A stretch of DNA of 64,000 nucleotides from an uncultured Lachnospiraceae bacterium (GCA_946544235.1 CAMNMC010000077.1:1239-65238), one strand, 5' to 3'. Positions 40,211-49,784 are shown, numbered from the stretch's first letter. A program made the numbers and translations. Notes: generated from the sequence alone by a model not told the origin.

Positions 40211-40227
40211 AGAAGGGGTGAAAAAGT

Positions 40228-40725
40228 ATGGCGGAAAACACTAATGGAATGGTTATGGGAATGAATGGTATTGAGTGGGATGAGGACAGCGATATTGAAA
40301 TGAAGATCAGTCCTGACGGAACATCGATCATAATTGATGCAGTTGAGGATTCTATCGATTTTATACAGGATTTTATAAAAAGGAAGCTTCTGTCATATGG
40401 CTGTGAGAAGAAACCGCTCATGCAGATAAGACTTGCTGTAGAAGAAATATTTGTGAATATCATCTCATACGCATATCGTCCTGAAATCGGTAAAGCTGAG
40501 ATATATGTCAGTGTTTCCGAAGCACCTCTTTCGGTAACTATACTGTTTATGGATGCCGGAAAACCTTTTGATCCGCTTGCAAGACCTGATGCAGATACTT
40601 CAGGTAAGATGTTCATGGAACGACCGGGCGGTTTTGGTATCCTGCTCGTTAAAAATACAATGGATGCAGTGACTTATGAATATAAGGATGGCAAGAACAT
40701 CCTCAGTATCAAGAAAAATCTGTAG
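40228..40725 (+). CDS. RsbW/SpoIIAB-like anti-sigma Ser kinase (HATPase_c_2)
   Basis: 'LAVEEIFVNIISYAY', 'DAGKPFDPL', 'GGFGILLVK..MD..Y'. Confidence 0.9.
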   Translation: MAENTNGMVMGMNGIEWDEDSDIEMKISPDGTSIIIDAVEDSIDFIQDFIKRKLLSYGCEKKPLMQIRLAVEEIFVNIISYAYRPEIGKAEIYVSVSEAPLSVTILFMDAGKPFDPLARPDADTSGKMFMERPGGFGILLVKNTMDAVTYEYKDGKNILSIKKNL

Positions 40726-40802
40726 ACCACTCCACAGGTTTGGAGTGGTGATGGGGACTGAAGCCTCAAAAAATTATTCAGAGATCGGCCGGAGGATCAA
40801 AG

Positions 40803-42809
40803 GTGAAAGCTATTCGCAAGATATTTAATAAGTTTTTTTCAAATATATATGCAGTAATGATAGGCATGTTTGTCATATCATTTACTATTTTTGCGATCAT
40901 TGTTGAGGGCGTAGGTTATCTGGCTTTCACAAGCTCCTTCACAGATGAATACAAGGAATCTGTATATAAGTCTGACCTGGTTGCCTCTAACTATATGGAA
41001 TATATGCCGGAAATCGACAAATGGCGGGGTGTAGGAGGCAGTATTCTTGATAAATATTATAATGGGTATTTTACAGACCATCAGAATTTTGATAAGGAGC
41101 ATCCGTTTGATTTTGATAATATCGAGAAATCGGCAAAAGCTTTTTTTGATCTGATAGGAGTTACGGATGAGGAATTAGCAGCCGTTGATCCGAAGCTTTT
41201 TTTGGAATATGATAAAATTCCTGAGCCGGGTGATCACAATTATTATTCCAGGATGTACTATACCATAGACAACATCGCATATGCATACAGCCACGTTAAG
41301 CAAAACCTCCATTTACTGGCTGATTCACAGAATCTGTCGGTAATATATTTTATCATACCTGATGAAGGTTATAAAACCTATACCTCTATAATAAACTGTC
41401 CGAGCTCGAAGAGTGGGTATACTGCGTGGGAGCTGGGATCGAAGCACGATACGTCCCCGGGAGGCTATGAAGAGGCTTTTAAGAGGATATATGAAGAAGG
41501 CTCTGAAAAGGAGATAATAGTAAGAGATAAAGACCTTAATGGAGCAAAACCACATGTAACGGCAATGGTTCCGATATATGAAAATGGCTACGAAAAGGCT
41601 GACAGGGGCAAAATAGTCGGCATTCTCTGTGCACAGAGATTCATGGACGAGCTTATCACATCAAGAAGAAATTTTGTTCAGGGAGTTACGGCCATAACCG
41701 TAATGCTTCTGATCATACTTACAGTTTTAGTGATTAGATTTATTAAGAAGCGAGTAATTATACCGCTTGAGAAGGTTTCCAAGGAGGCAGAGAGATTTGC
41801 CCATGAAACTTCAAGAAGCGGAGATGCTACTTTAACAGAAGATGTGGGTACTATCAGGGAGATCAAGTCCCTGGCATCAGCCATTGAGAAGATGGAGGAT
41901 GATACGCTTAAAAATATCGATGAGATCACATGTATGACAAGGAACAGTGAGAGAATGGGGTACGAGGTATCCCTTGCTTCTCAGATACAGCAGGGCATGC
42001 TTCCTGTAAAGGAGAAGGATCTTAAATATGATCCGAGATATGATGTTCATGCATTGATGGATCCGGCCAAGGAGGTCGGCGGAGATTTCTTCGATTTCTT
42101 TATGGTAGACGATGATCACATCGCGATACTTGTCGCAGATGTTTCAGATAAAGGTGTTGCCGCAGCATTTTTCATGGCAATCACCAAGACACTTATCAAA
42201 TCCCGCGCAAAGCTGGGAGGAAGTGCTTCAGAGATACTTACTTATACGGACAGACTGGTTGCAGAGAAGAATCCTGCAGGTATGTTTGTAACCGTCTGGC
42301 TCGGTATAGTTGATCTGAATACAGGTTACGTAAATGCATGTAATGCAGGACACGATTATCCTGCGATAATGACGGAACGTGACGGATATACGATAGAGAA
42401 GGTTCAGCATGGTCCGCCGGTAGGCTTTATTCCGGGAATGGATTTCATTGAATATGATTATTCACTGAAGCCTGGAGACAGGATATTCCTCTATACTGAC
42501 GGACTTCCGGAAGCTAAGGCAGTAAACGGAGACCGCTTCGGTACGGACAGAATGCTTGAGCTTCTCAATAAGAATAAAGACAAGAGTAATAAGGATATCG
42601 TCAAACTCATGAAGAACAGTGTATTTGGATTTGCAGGTGATGAGCCTCAGTTTGATGATATCACGATGATGAGTTTCACATATTACGGAAAAACACAGGA
42701 CGAGGAAAAGAAGGAAGAAGCTGTTTCCGAAACAAAAGAAACAGAGACTAAGGTCGGTGGAATAACTCTGACGGAGGTTACGTTTGAGGAGATAACACCG
42801 GAAGAATGA
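40803..42809 (+). CDS. Sensor PP2C/SpoIIE (RsbU-like) phosphatase: TM-extracellular-TM-HAMP-PP2C
   Basis: 'A..IQQGMLP', 'EVGGDFFD', 'ADVSDKGV.AA', 'NAGHD', 'YTDGL.EA', 'QFDDIT'. Confidence 0.93.
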   Translation: MKAIRKIFNKFFSNIYAVMIGMFVISFTIFAIIVEGVGYLAFTSSFTDEYKESVYKSDLVASNYMEYMPEIDKWRGVGGSILDKYYNGYFTDHQNFDKEHPFDFDNIEKSAKAFFDLIGVTDEELAAVDPKLFLEYDKIPEPGDHNYYSRMYYTIDNIAYAYSHVKQNLHLLADSQNLSVIYFIIPDEGYKTYTSIINCPSSKSGYTAWELGSKHDTSPGGYEEAFKRIYEEGSEKEIIVRDKDLNGAKPHVTAMVPIYENGYEKADRGKIVGILCAQRFMDELITSRRNFVQGVTAITVMLLIILTVLVIRFIKKRVIIPLEKVSKEAERFAHETSRSGDATLTEDVGTIREIKSLASAIEKMEDDTLKNIDEITCMTRNSERMGYEVSLASQIQQGMLPVKEKDLKYDPRYDVHALMDPAKEVGGDFFDFFMVDDDHIAILVADVSDKGVAAAFFMAITKTLIKSRAKLGGSASEILTYTDRLVAEKNPAGMFVTVWLGIVDLNTGYVNACNAGHDYPAIMTERDGYTIEKVQHGPPVGFIPGMDFIEYDYSLKPGDRIFLYTDGLPEAKAVNGDRFGTDRMLELLNKNKDKSNKDIVKLMKNSVFGFAGDEPQFDDITMMSFTYYGKTQDEEKKEEAVSETKETETKVGGITLTEVTFEEITPEE

Positions 42810-42991
42810 TCTGAGATGTCAGTATCTGATCAGGAAGAAGGAATTGATATGATCGGATCAAAACAAAAAAAGCTCAGGGCAGGATTACCTGTGTGAAAAA
42901 AGAAAGGATAAGATTTAGAAAAGAACAGGAATAACAGGCTGGGGTGGTATTTAAATTGGGTTACACAGTCTGGGAGCAGGAGGTACATGTT

Positions 42992-45463
42992 ATGCCTAGA
43001 AGACAAAAATTAAGTGTTGAAGAAGCCAGATTGCAGATTGCAATGGCTATACAGAATTTATCGAATGCGGCTTCGGGACCGATGAATCAGCTTGAGGAGG
43101 ACCCGGCAGAAGCAAGAAAACGTAATGTGCAGGATGCTATATCAAAGCTTTCGGCTTTAACAACCGCAAATCCGGAGGCTGCAGCTCAGTTTGACAAAAA
43201 TTGGGCTGAAGATTTAAAACAGCAGATTGAGACTTACGATGATCTGGGGTTTGCAGGTGAATTTGCCGACACGATGAAGGAAAGATACAATATGCCTGAA
43301 AGACCGGCTGAGGAATATATCTATGATCCTGATGATCAGAATGAGATAGAAGAGCCGGAAAACGAGCAGGAAATAGAGAATAATCAGGATAATCCTGAAA
43401 TTCAGGATGATAATCCTGAGCTGAATGAAAACCTTAATATTAATCAGGAAATCAATAACAATAATAATGATGAAAATCCCGAGCTGAACGAAGAAGACCA
43501 GGCTGAAGCTCAGAGAAGACATGAGGAGCAGGTTGAAGCTGATATAAGACGAAGAAGAATGGAACATGATCAGCGAAGAAGGGATGCTGAAAACAGAAGA
43601 AATCAGAACCAGAATAACAATGAAGAACATCCTGAAGAGGAAAATCAGAACGCTAATCAGGAAGAACAGAACGAACGTCAGGTTGAAAACCCTCAGAATC
43701 AGAACGAGGAGCATCTTCAGCAGAATCAGCCTCAGGTAAATGAGGTCGAGCTGGCTCGTCAGCGTGAAGAGGAGAGGAAGAAAGAGGAGAAGAGAAAAGA
43801 GATAAAAGAAGCTCTTGTCGAGGTTGAAAAGGCACTTGATGCGAAGCCGGATCCGAATTCTCCAAATCCGATGTATGATCACAGTGTGAAGGTTGTAGAG
43901 GCAATCTCTAAGCTTCAGAGACTCACGGATGAGAATCCGACAGTATGTCCTGAATTTGATCAGCAATGGGCATTTAATCTTGACAAAGCGGTTGATGAGC
44001 GTGGCTATGATGCAGCCAAAGAGTTTATCAATACCATGAAGGACAGGCTTCAGATAGCCAATGCGGAGGATGTCAGAGAAGCTGAAGCGGGCTTAAATAA
44101 CCCTCAGAATAATCAGCAGAATGTCAATAATGAAGTAGAGAGAGTTGAGCAGGCTCTTGTAGATGCTCCGAGAAATCCTAATATTGTTCTCAAAAACCCT
44201 GAACAGGAAATCCAGCAACCAAGGGTTAATGAACTTGAAGAGATCAAGAAGCAGAGAGAACTCCTTCAGCTTGAGATGGAGAAGCTTAAGCTTGAGCAGG
44301 AGAAGCTTAAGCTTGAGAGAGAGAGACTCGAGGCTTTGAAGAAAGAGCAGGAGAAGGAGAAACAGAAGAATAAGCCTAAGAAACAAGGACCTGATGATCC
44401 TGAGATTGAAAATCCTGAACCTGAAAGGCAGAAGCCTGAGCTTAAACAGCCTGTAAGGAAGCCGAGAAAGATCAATACCAGAAGAGGTATATTTAATGAG
44501 GTGTATTTCGATAATGGTACCTTAACAGATGAGTCGGCAAAAGAAAGCGGAAAGATTGATCGGATGGTCAAAAACGCTCCTGTCAGGGGAAAAATTTCCA
44601 AGGAATTCTATAAAATGTCTGTCAGTATGAACAAGTTTAATTCGTTCATGCAGAAGATAAAAGGAAGAACAGTTCTTACGGCAGAAGAGATACAGGAATA
44701 TGACAGACTCTCTATGCAAGTCATTAATACCAGCAGGACTTATATCGACAAAAAGGATGAAGAGAGAGAAGACAGAATAGATCGAGAAGACAGAGAGAAC
44801 ACAAATAAGAAGTTCAAGACTCTCAAAGAAAAGAGAAGCTATATGGAGGGCTACAAGTCCGAAGTGGAGATGGACAGAACGAATATAGCCAGAAGCGTTG
44901 AAGAAGGCGTTGAACATCTCCGTCAGAAAATGCTCAAGAATGCCATCGATCAGAAGATCAAGGAAATGCAGGAAAAATGTGATCTCGAGGTTGCAAAGAG
45001 AGAGGACGAAAGAAATAAACTGCCAACTCAGAATCTAAATGACAGGGAGCTTCGTGATACGATGGAGAGAAATATCGCTGAAACTGAGTTCTTCTCCAGA
45101 AGAATGAAGAGCCTTAAACCTGAGGATCTGAAGCTTAAACCGGGCGAGTCTCTTGGAAGTGCGCTCGGAAGACTTGATTCATATCTCGTTCCGAGACCGA
45201 AGGATCTTATGAATATAAAGGGCAATCAGGTTACAAAGAAGCTTGTCGATGAAGGCGTTGAGAAGGCCAGAAAGGGTGAGGTTCTCACCAAGGGCGATAT
45301 GGATAAGGCATTTAAGGAAGAGGCCAGAAACCTGGCTCAGCCGATAATCGATCAGAGACACCGTGAGGATAATATGCGACCTGTTAACAGGGAGCCTAAT
45401 CAGCCTGAGCAGCAGAGAGTTCTTGAAAACAGACAGCTTAATAATAATCAGCCGCATATGTAG
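42992..45463 (+). CDS. Large hydrophilic E/N/Q-rich protein with a duplicated helical domain
   Basis: AGGAGG SD with ATG 42992; no signal peptide or TM; internal repeat 'AISKL..LT..NP.....FD..WA..L'. Confidence 0.8.
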   Translation: MPRRQKLSVEEARLQIAMAIQNLSNAASGPMNQLEEDPAEARKRNVQDAISKLSALTTANPEAAAQFDKNWAEDLKQQIETYDDLGFAGEFADTMKERYNMPERPAEEYIYDPDDQNEIEEPENEQEIENNQDNPEIQDDNPELNENLNINQEINNNNNDENPELNEEDQAEAQRRHEEQVEADIRRRRMEHDQRRRDAENRRNQNQNNNEEHPEEENQNANQEEQNERQVENPQNQNEEHLQQNQPQVNEVELARQREEERKKEEKRKEIKEALVEVEKALDAKPDPNSPNPMYDHSVKVVEAISKLQRLTDENPTVCPEFDQQWAFNLDKAVDERGYDAAKEFINTMKDRLQIANAEDVREAEAGLNNPQNNQQNVNNEVERVEQALVDAPRNPNIVLKNPEQEIQQPRVNELEEIKKQRELLQLEMEKLKLEQEKLKLERERLEALKKEQEKEKQKNKPKKQGPDDPEIENPEPERQKPELKQPVRKPRKINTRRGIFNEVYFDNGTLTDESAKESGKIDRMVKNAPVRGKISKEFYKMSVSMNKFNSFMQKIKGRTVLTAEEIQEYDRLSMQVINTSRTYIDKKDEEREDRIDREDRENTNKKFKTLKEKRSYMEGYKSEVEMDRTNIARSVEEGVEHLRQKMLKNAIDQKIKEMQEKCDLEVAKREDERNKLPTQNLNDRELRDTMERNIAETEFFSRRMKSLKPEDLKLKPGESLGSALGRLDSYLVPRPKDLMNIKGNQVTKKLVDEGVEKARKGEVLTKGDMDKAFKEEARNLAQPIIDQRHREDNMRPVNREPNQPEQQRVLENRQLNNNQPHM

Positions 45464-45515
45464 TTCAGTTTACATTAAGCTGATTAGGTAATGCAGGAAA
45501 TAGTTACATACTATC

Positions 45516-46814
45516 ATGACAGGAATGGTCACACAGATGGAAGATATATTATCTACTGCGTACAGTAATATAATTGAAAATATGACCGATGGAGTTTTCC
45601 TTATCGGACACGACGGAAAGGTCATACTGGAAAACTCCGTAGCAATCGGTCTTCTCGGACAGGAACTTCACGGCAGAAGACTTATCACGCTTATTGGTGA
45701 AGGCGGCATAAATGATCAGTTTTACCAATGCATCATTGAGGCTATCTTTCAGAAAAGCAAGATATATGATTCGGTGCCTTTTATTAAAGGGGATGAGAAG
45801 AAATTCTTAAGAATTGCAGCTTTTCCTATAAGTGATGAGACAGGAACCTCAGTAATGGTGATGTTCAGTGATGTCACTGAGATCGTATCTCTCGCCGAGA
45901 AAAACCGTATACTCAGTGAGAGGCTGGCTAAGTTCCTCCAGAGATTCGTGAAGATCATGGTTAACTCCATAGATAAAAGGTCGCATTATAATGCAACTCA
46001 TACAAGAAAGATGGCAGGCTATGCGACACGATACCTGGAATATCTGGAGAAGAACGGCAGACCGGTAGATCCGGATAAAAAGGAGCCTTTCATATCAAGT
46101 GTCTGGCTTCATGATATCGGAAAGCTGGTAATTCCTCTTGAGATAATGGATAAGCCGTCACGGCTCGGTGACAAGGAAGAGGATATAAAGCACAAGATAG
46201 AGGTTGCAAGGCTCTGTTACAGAATAAAGGCTTTTGAAGAACCTGAGAAGGCTGCGGAGTATGAGAGGGCCTCAAAGGAACTGCAGGATGCAGAGGATTT
46301 TATAATGCAGATAAATACCAGGGGATTTCTGGATGATGAGACTCTTTCTAAGATTGAGGCTGTATCTGAAATGAAATGTCTCACGGTGAGTGGTGAGATG
46401 ATACCTCTTCTCGATGATTACGAGAAGGAAGCGCTTATGATACGTAAGGGAACACTTACCGCATCTGAACGCAGTGTGATCGAATCACATGTATCTCAGA
46501 CCTATGAGATGCTGCGTGAAATGGATTTTGAAGGCAAGTTCAAGGATATTCCGGAGTGGGCCGGAAATCACCATGAGCTTCTTGACGGATCGGGTTACCC
46601 GAGAGGGCTTAAGGGTGATGAAATATCCTGGGAAACAAGGCTTCTGACAATTATAGATATATATGATGCTCTTACGGCTGAGGACAGGCCATATAAGCCG
46701 CCGATGCCGCCGGAAAAAGCATTTGCAATACTTGAGAGCATGAAGGACGAAGGTAAGATCGACGGCGAGATCCTAAAGGATTTCTACGAGAGCAAAGCCT
46801 GGGTGGTGGAATAA
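45516..46814 (+). CDS. PAS + HD-GYP phosphodiesterase
   Basis: N-terminal PAS-like region; 'H..K', 'LHDIGK', 'HHELLDGSGYPRG', 'DIYDALT..RPYK'. Confidence 0.9.
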   Translation: MTGMVTQMEDILSTAYSNIIENMTDGVFLIGHDGKVILENSVAIGLLGQELHGRRLITLIGEGGINDQFYQCIIEAIFQKSKIYDSVPFIKGDEKKFLRIAAFPISDETGTSVMVMFSDVTEIVSLAEKNRILSERLAKFLQRFVKIMVNSIDKRSHYNATHTRKMAGYATRYLEYLEKNGRPVDPDKKEPFISSVWLHDIGKLVIPLEIMDKPSRLGDKEEDIKHKIEVARLCYRIKAFEEPEKAAEYERASKELQDAEDFIMQINTRGFLDDETLSKIEAVSEMKCLTVSGEMIPLLDDYEKEALMIRKGTLTASERSVIESHVSQTYEMLREMDFEGKFKDIPEWAGNHHELLDGSGYPRGLKGDEISWETRLLTIIDIYDALTAEDRPYKPPMPPEKAFAILESMKDEGKIDGEILKDFYESKAWVVE

Positions 46815-46855
46815 TTAGTAGGTATTTACAACGCTGTAGCGAACGGAGTTAGTGT

Positions 46856-48757
46856 ATGGGCGATAAGAAAGAAGAACAAATCAAGATCATTGAAATGATG
46901 AATGACGCGAGAAAGGATCTGGAGGCAAAGTATGCCCGCCTTAAGTCGCAGCTGGGAGAGGAAGAGTCGGAAGAATTTGAGGAAATGATGTCTGATAATG
47001 CTGTAGATAACATAGCCTCTGATACAGCCGATCAGCCGGCTGATGATGCGACCGATGATAAGGCGGAAAAGACGGCTTCTAAGAAGACTGATAAGAAGGG
47101 CGAGAGAAAGCCTGCTGCTCCGGGAAGAACGGCGGTCAGGAAGATTCGGCCAGAGAAGGAAAGTGAGGAGAAAGAACGCATCAGAAAAGAGATGGGTTCT
47201 GTTCAGGTACAGATAAACTATGTTAAGGCCGCAATCGAAAACTGTGAGATGCAGCTCCAGAAGGCTAAGGAGAAGGAAGAACAGAAGAAGATAGAGAACG
47301 TCATGAAGGGCGTTATGCTTGTCGGAGCATACATCGAGAATAAGCGTGTTGTTGCCGAAAAGGAAGAGAAGAAGAATGAAGAGATCGAGCTTTTTGTGAT
47401 TAAGGATTATTCTGCTGTTCTTCAGGAGAGTGTTAAGGAAATATTTGCTGAAAAGAAATTCAAATATGTTACAGAAGATAAGGTTCAGGATATCCTTAAC
47501 AATGAAGAGTTTAAGAAGATGGCCCGGGAGGATCCTAATAAGCTTAAACGTGATGAGAAAGACATCAAGATGGAATATGAAAATCTCATGATAAGAGCCC
47601 TCAGTTATATTAATGAGGAGGTCGGTGATGATTTTCGTGAAAACGAAGAGAAATTCAAGAAGGTCATGACTCTCGAAAATGGATTTGAGGATGCTTTCAG
47701 AGTGCTTTCAACTGACAAGCGATTTAAAGGAGATGGCAAGGAAGGCTACTGGAAGGAGAAGAGGGAACGCTACACCAAGGATATTGAACAGTACGGAACT
47801 GATGAAGAAAAGGAATTCTTCAGGAAGCTTATTGAGGATATTGATGAGATTTCAAAGAAGACAAGGGACCTTCAGAATGAGTTTATAATCGGAAGAGCCA
47901 ATTTCAGAAAAGGAAATGGTTATACGAAGAAGCTTATTGACAAGGAAACGGAAATCTATAACAGAATTATTGAATTCAGAGACAAAAAACATAAGGAATT
48001 GCTTAGTAAAGCCGGAAATGGAGAAGATCCTACGAGACCTACCATGATGTTTCAGATCATTCTGGAATTTGAATTTCCGGTAAGAAAACAACTCGCTCGT
48101 GACAAGGTTCTGCAGAAAAACAATGAACTGCGTGAGAAGATGGAGATGTGGTACGTATATGAAAGGCTTCCGAAAGAAGATCGTCAGCTGCCTATAAAAT
48201 GGGTTTCCACAAAGGCTGAAAATGAGGTGAAAGCGTGGTCAAAGCTTCAGAGAATGAAACGTTTGATTGTCGGTAAGGGAGATCATATAGCTAACCTTTC
48301 GGACTGGGTACTTGAAAATTCTAACGCACTTTTAGAAAGAGCCAAGAAACCGGAGCCATTAACCAAGGATGAAGAGAAAACGATGATTCAGCAGATCGCG
48401 GCAATTGTTCTCTATCAGGTTGTATATGATGAAAGTGTAAAGAAGATCGAGGGAGAGGAATCTTATTTATCCAAAATTAAAAATGTCGGAATCGGTATTT
48501 CAAGCGCAAGAGAGTATGCGGCTCTTGCCCAAAAGCTTTCTGAAACAAAAGAGTTCAAGAGAGAATTCTCAAAATACATGAAGAATGCTGATTTCAAGGA
48601 GCAGACCATCAAGTTCCTTGCTGATGATGTTGAGAAGAAGTTCGCCAGGGCTTTTACAGGAAAGGGAACCGAGCACAGAAGAGTGTCTACGGTGGTTGAT
48701 AATGACGGAAGACCTGTTGTTCCGAGAAGAGTTCCTCAGAGAAAACCAAATAATTAA
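46856..48757 (+). CDS. Large charged helical hypothetical protein
   Basis: K/E-rich 633-aa ORF with no TM or signal; Arg/Pro-rich C-terminus. Confidence 0.8.
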   Translation: MGDKKEEQIKIIEMMNDARKDLEAKYARLKSQLGEEESEEFEEMMSDNAVDNIASDTADQPADDATDDKAEKTASKKTDKKGERKPAAPGRTAVRKIRPEKESEEKERIRKEMGSVQVQINYVKAAIENCEMQLQKAKEKEEQKKIENVMKGVMLVGAYIENKRVVAEKEEKKNEEIELFVIKDYSAVLQESVKEIFAEKKFKYVTEDKVQDILNNEEFKKMAREDPNKLKRDEKDIKMEYENLMIRALSYINEEVGDDFRENEEKFKKVMTLENGFEDAFRVLSTDKRFKGDGKEGYWKEKRERYTKDIEQYGTDEEKEFFRKLIEDIDEISKKTRDLQNEFIIGRANFRKGNGYTKKLIDKETEIYNRIIEFRDKKHKELLSKAGNGEDPTRPTMMFQIILEFEFPVRKQLARDKVLQKNNELREKMEMWYVYERLPKEDRQLPIKWVSTKAENEVKAWSKLQRMKRLIVGKGDHIANLSDWVLENSNALLERAKKPEPLTKDEEKTMIQQIAAIVLYQVVYDESVKKIEGEESYLSKIKNVGIGISSAREYAALAQKLSETKEFKREFSKYMKNADFKEQTIKFLADDVEKKFARAFTGKGTEHRRVSTVVDNDGRPVVPRRVPQRKPNN

Positions 48758-48772
48758 AAAATTTTTACGCCA

Positions 48773-48806
48773 TGTTGGACATTTGTTGGACAGCATGGCG
48801 TATTGT
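48773..48806 (+). promoter_or_regulatory. Direct-repeat site plus -10 upstream of a small membrane protein; overlaps a terminator-like hairpin
   Basis: TGTTGGACA-TT-TGTTGGACA-N8-TATTGT. It is flanked by tacgccatgttg/cagcatggcgta and a T-run that could terminate the upstream gene. Confidence 0.55.
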
Positions 48807-48950
48807 TTTTACTATACAAAGTGAATATCATGTAATCTCAGACCAAATGATCAAATAATAGACATTAATTCTTTACAGAGTACAAAAATGGCTATAAAAT
48901 ATAATATGGTTGGGTTATGTATATACTGTATTTAAGGAGGAGAGTTATTT

Positions 48951-49334
48951 ATGGCAGTAGTAATCGGAATTATTGGCGTTATCATTGCTCTTATCGGAGG
49001 AATTCTTTTCGGTATAATCGGTGGATTCGTAGGAATCGGTCTTGGAATCCTTGCTATTATACTTGGAATCCTCAAGAAGAAGAAAGGTGAGGGCGGAAGT
49101 GCAGGAGTGGTTGCAGGTATTGCATCCATCATTATGGGAGTTGTTCTCGCATTTGTATTCTTCGGACTAGCAAATGATATTGAGGATAAGGCTAAGAAGC
49201 AGGGAAATGCTATCATTGAGGAGGTAGCTCCGAGCCTTAAGTATGGTGTTGTCGGCTTCGCTAAGGAAGTTGATGATAAGGGTTACAATATTGATGAGAT
49301 TACTGATATGATCAAAGAGCTTCAGGATGAATAA
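48951..49334 (+). CDS. Small Gly/Ile-rich membrane protein (DUF4190-like)
   Basis: Three hydrophobic helices; 'LAIILGI.KKK...AGVVAGI'. Strong SD. Confidence 0.75.
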   Translation: MAVVIGIIGVIIALIGGILFGIIGGFVGIGLGILAIILGILKKKKGEGGSAGVVAGIASIIMGVVLAFVFFGLANDIEDKAKKQGNAIIEEVAPSLKYGVVGFAKEVDDKGYNIDEITDMIKELQDE

Positions 49335-49356
49335 TCCGGATAATAGAATATGGTTT

Positions 49357-49393
49357 AAACGGGCGGACTTCATTCAGGGTTCGCCCGTTTTTT
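49357..49393 (+). terminator. Intrinsic terminator
   Basis: aaacgggcggac / gttcgcccgttt followed by a T-run. Confidence 0.8.
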
Positions 49394-49490
49394 GTGGACC
49401 GGAATAAAGAGTTGAACAAAGGGCGGGTTATGTGTTAATATATTCTCGGCTGCAGATGGAGGAAGCAGCTTTCGAAAAGTTAAAAACTTT

Positions 49491-49662
49491 AGCGCCAGGC
49501 TGGGGCTAAGGGAGGTATTCATAATAAAAATGTTTCCAACCTTCCAGCTGACGAGGTGTAGGGTTATCGAAAGAAATTCGGCGGGTGCCCTACCGGACCG
49601 CACAAACGTTAGCTCTGTAACAAAATCGGGGGTGACTCCGGAACAAAAATCAGAGCGGTGTG
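49491..49662 (+). ncRNA. glmS ribozyme (GlcN6P-activated)
   Basis: AGCGCC cleavage segment, GACGAGG, GGTTATCGAA..TTCGGCGGGTGCC, downstream P4 with GTGA tetraloop; directly upstream of glmS. 3' end approximate. Confidence 0.93.
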
Positions 49663-49784
49663 AAAAGCTGCAGTGCTGTGCATGTTTTAAGTGACATGCT
49701 TTATTATCTATGGCTTTAAATACTAATAAAGGAGAAAGCAGGAGGATACATGGAGAGTATTGTTATCATCCTGTAGTTAAAGTT

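Noticed and set aside
43214-43966. 250-aa hydrophobic minus-strand ORF (similarly 26661-27419, 57888-58610, 59330-60049, and 63079-63714 on +)
   Set aside because: Antisense to well-supported genes; the hydrophobicity comes from complementing E/K/N codons.
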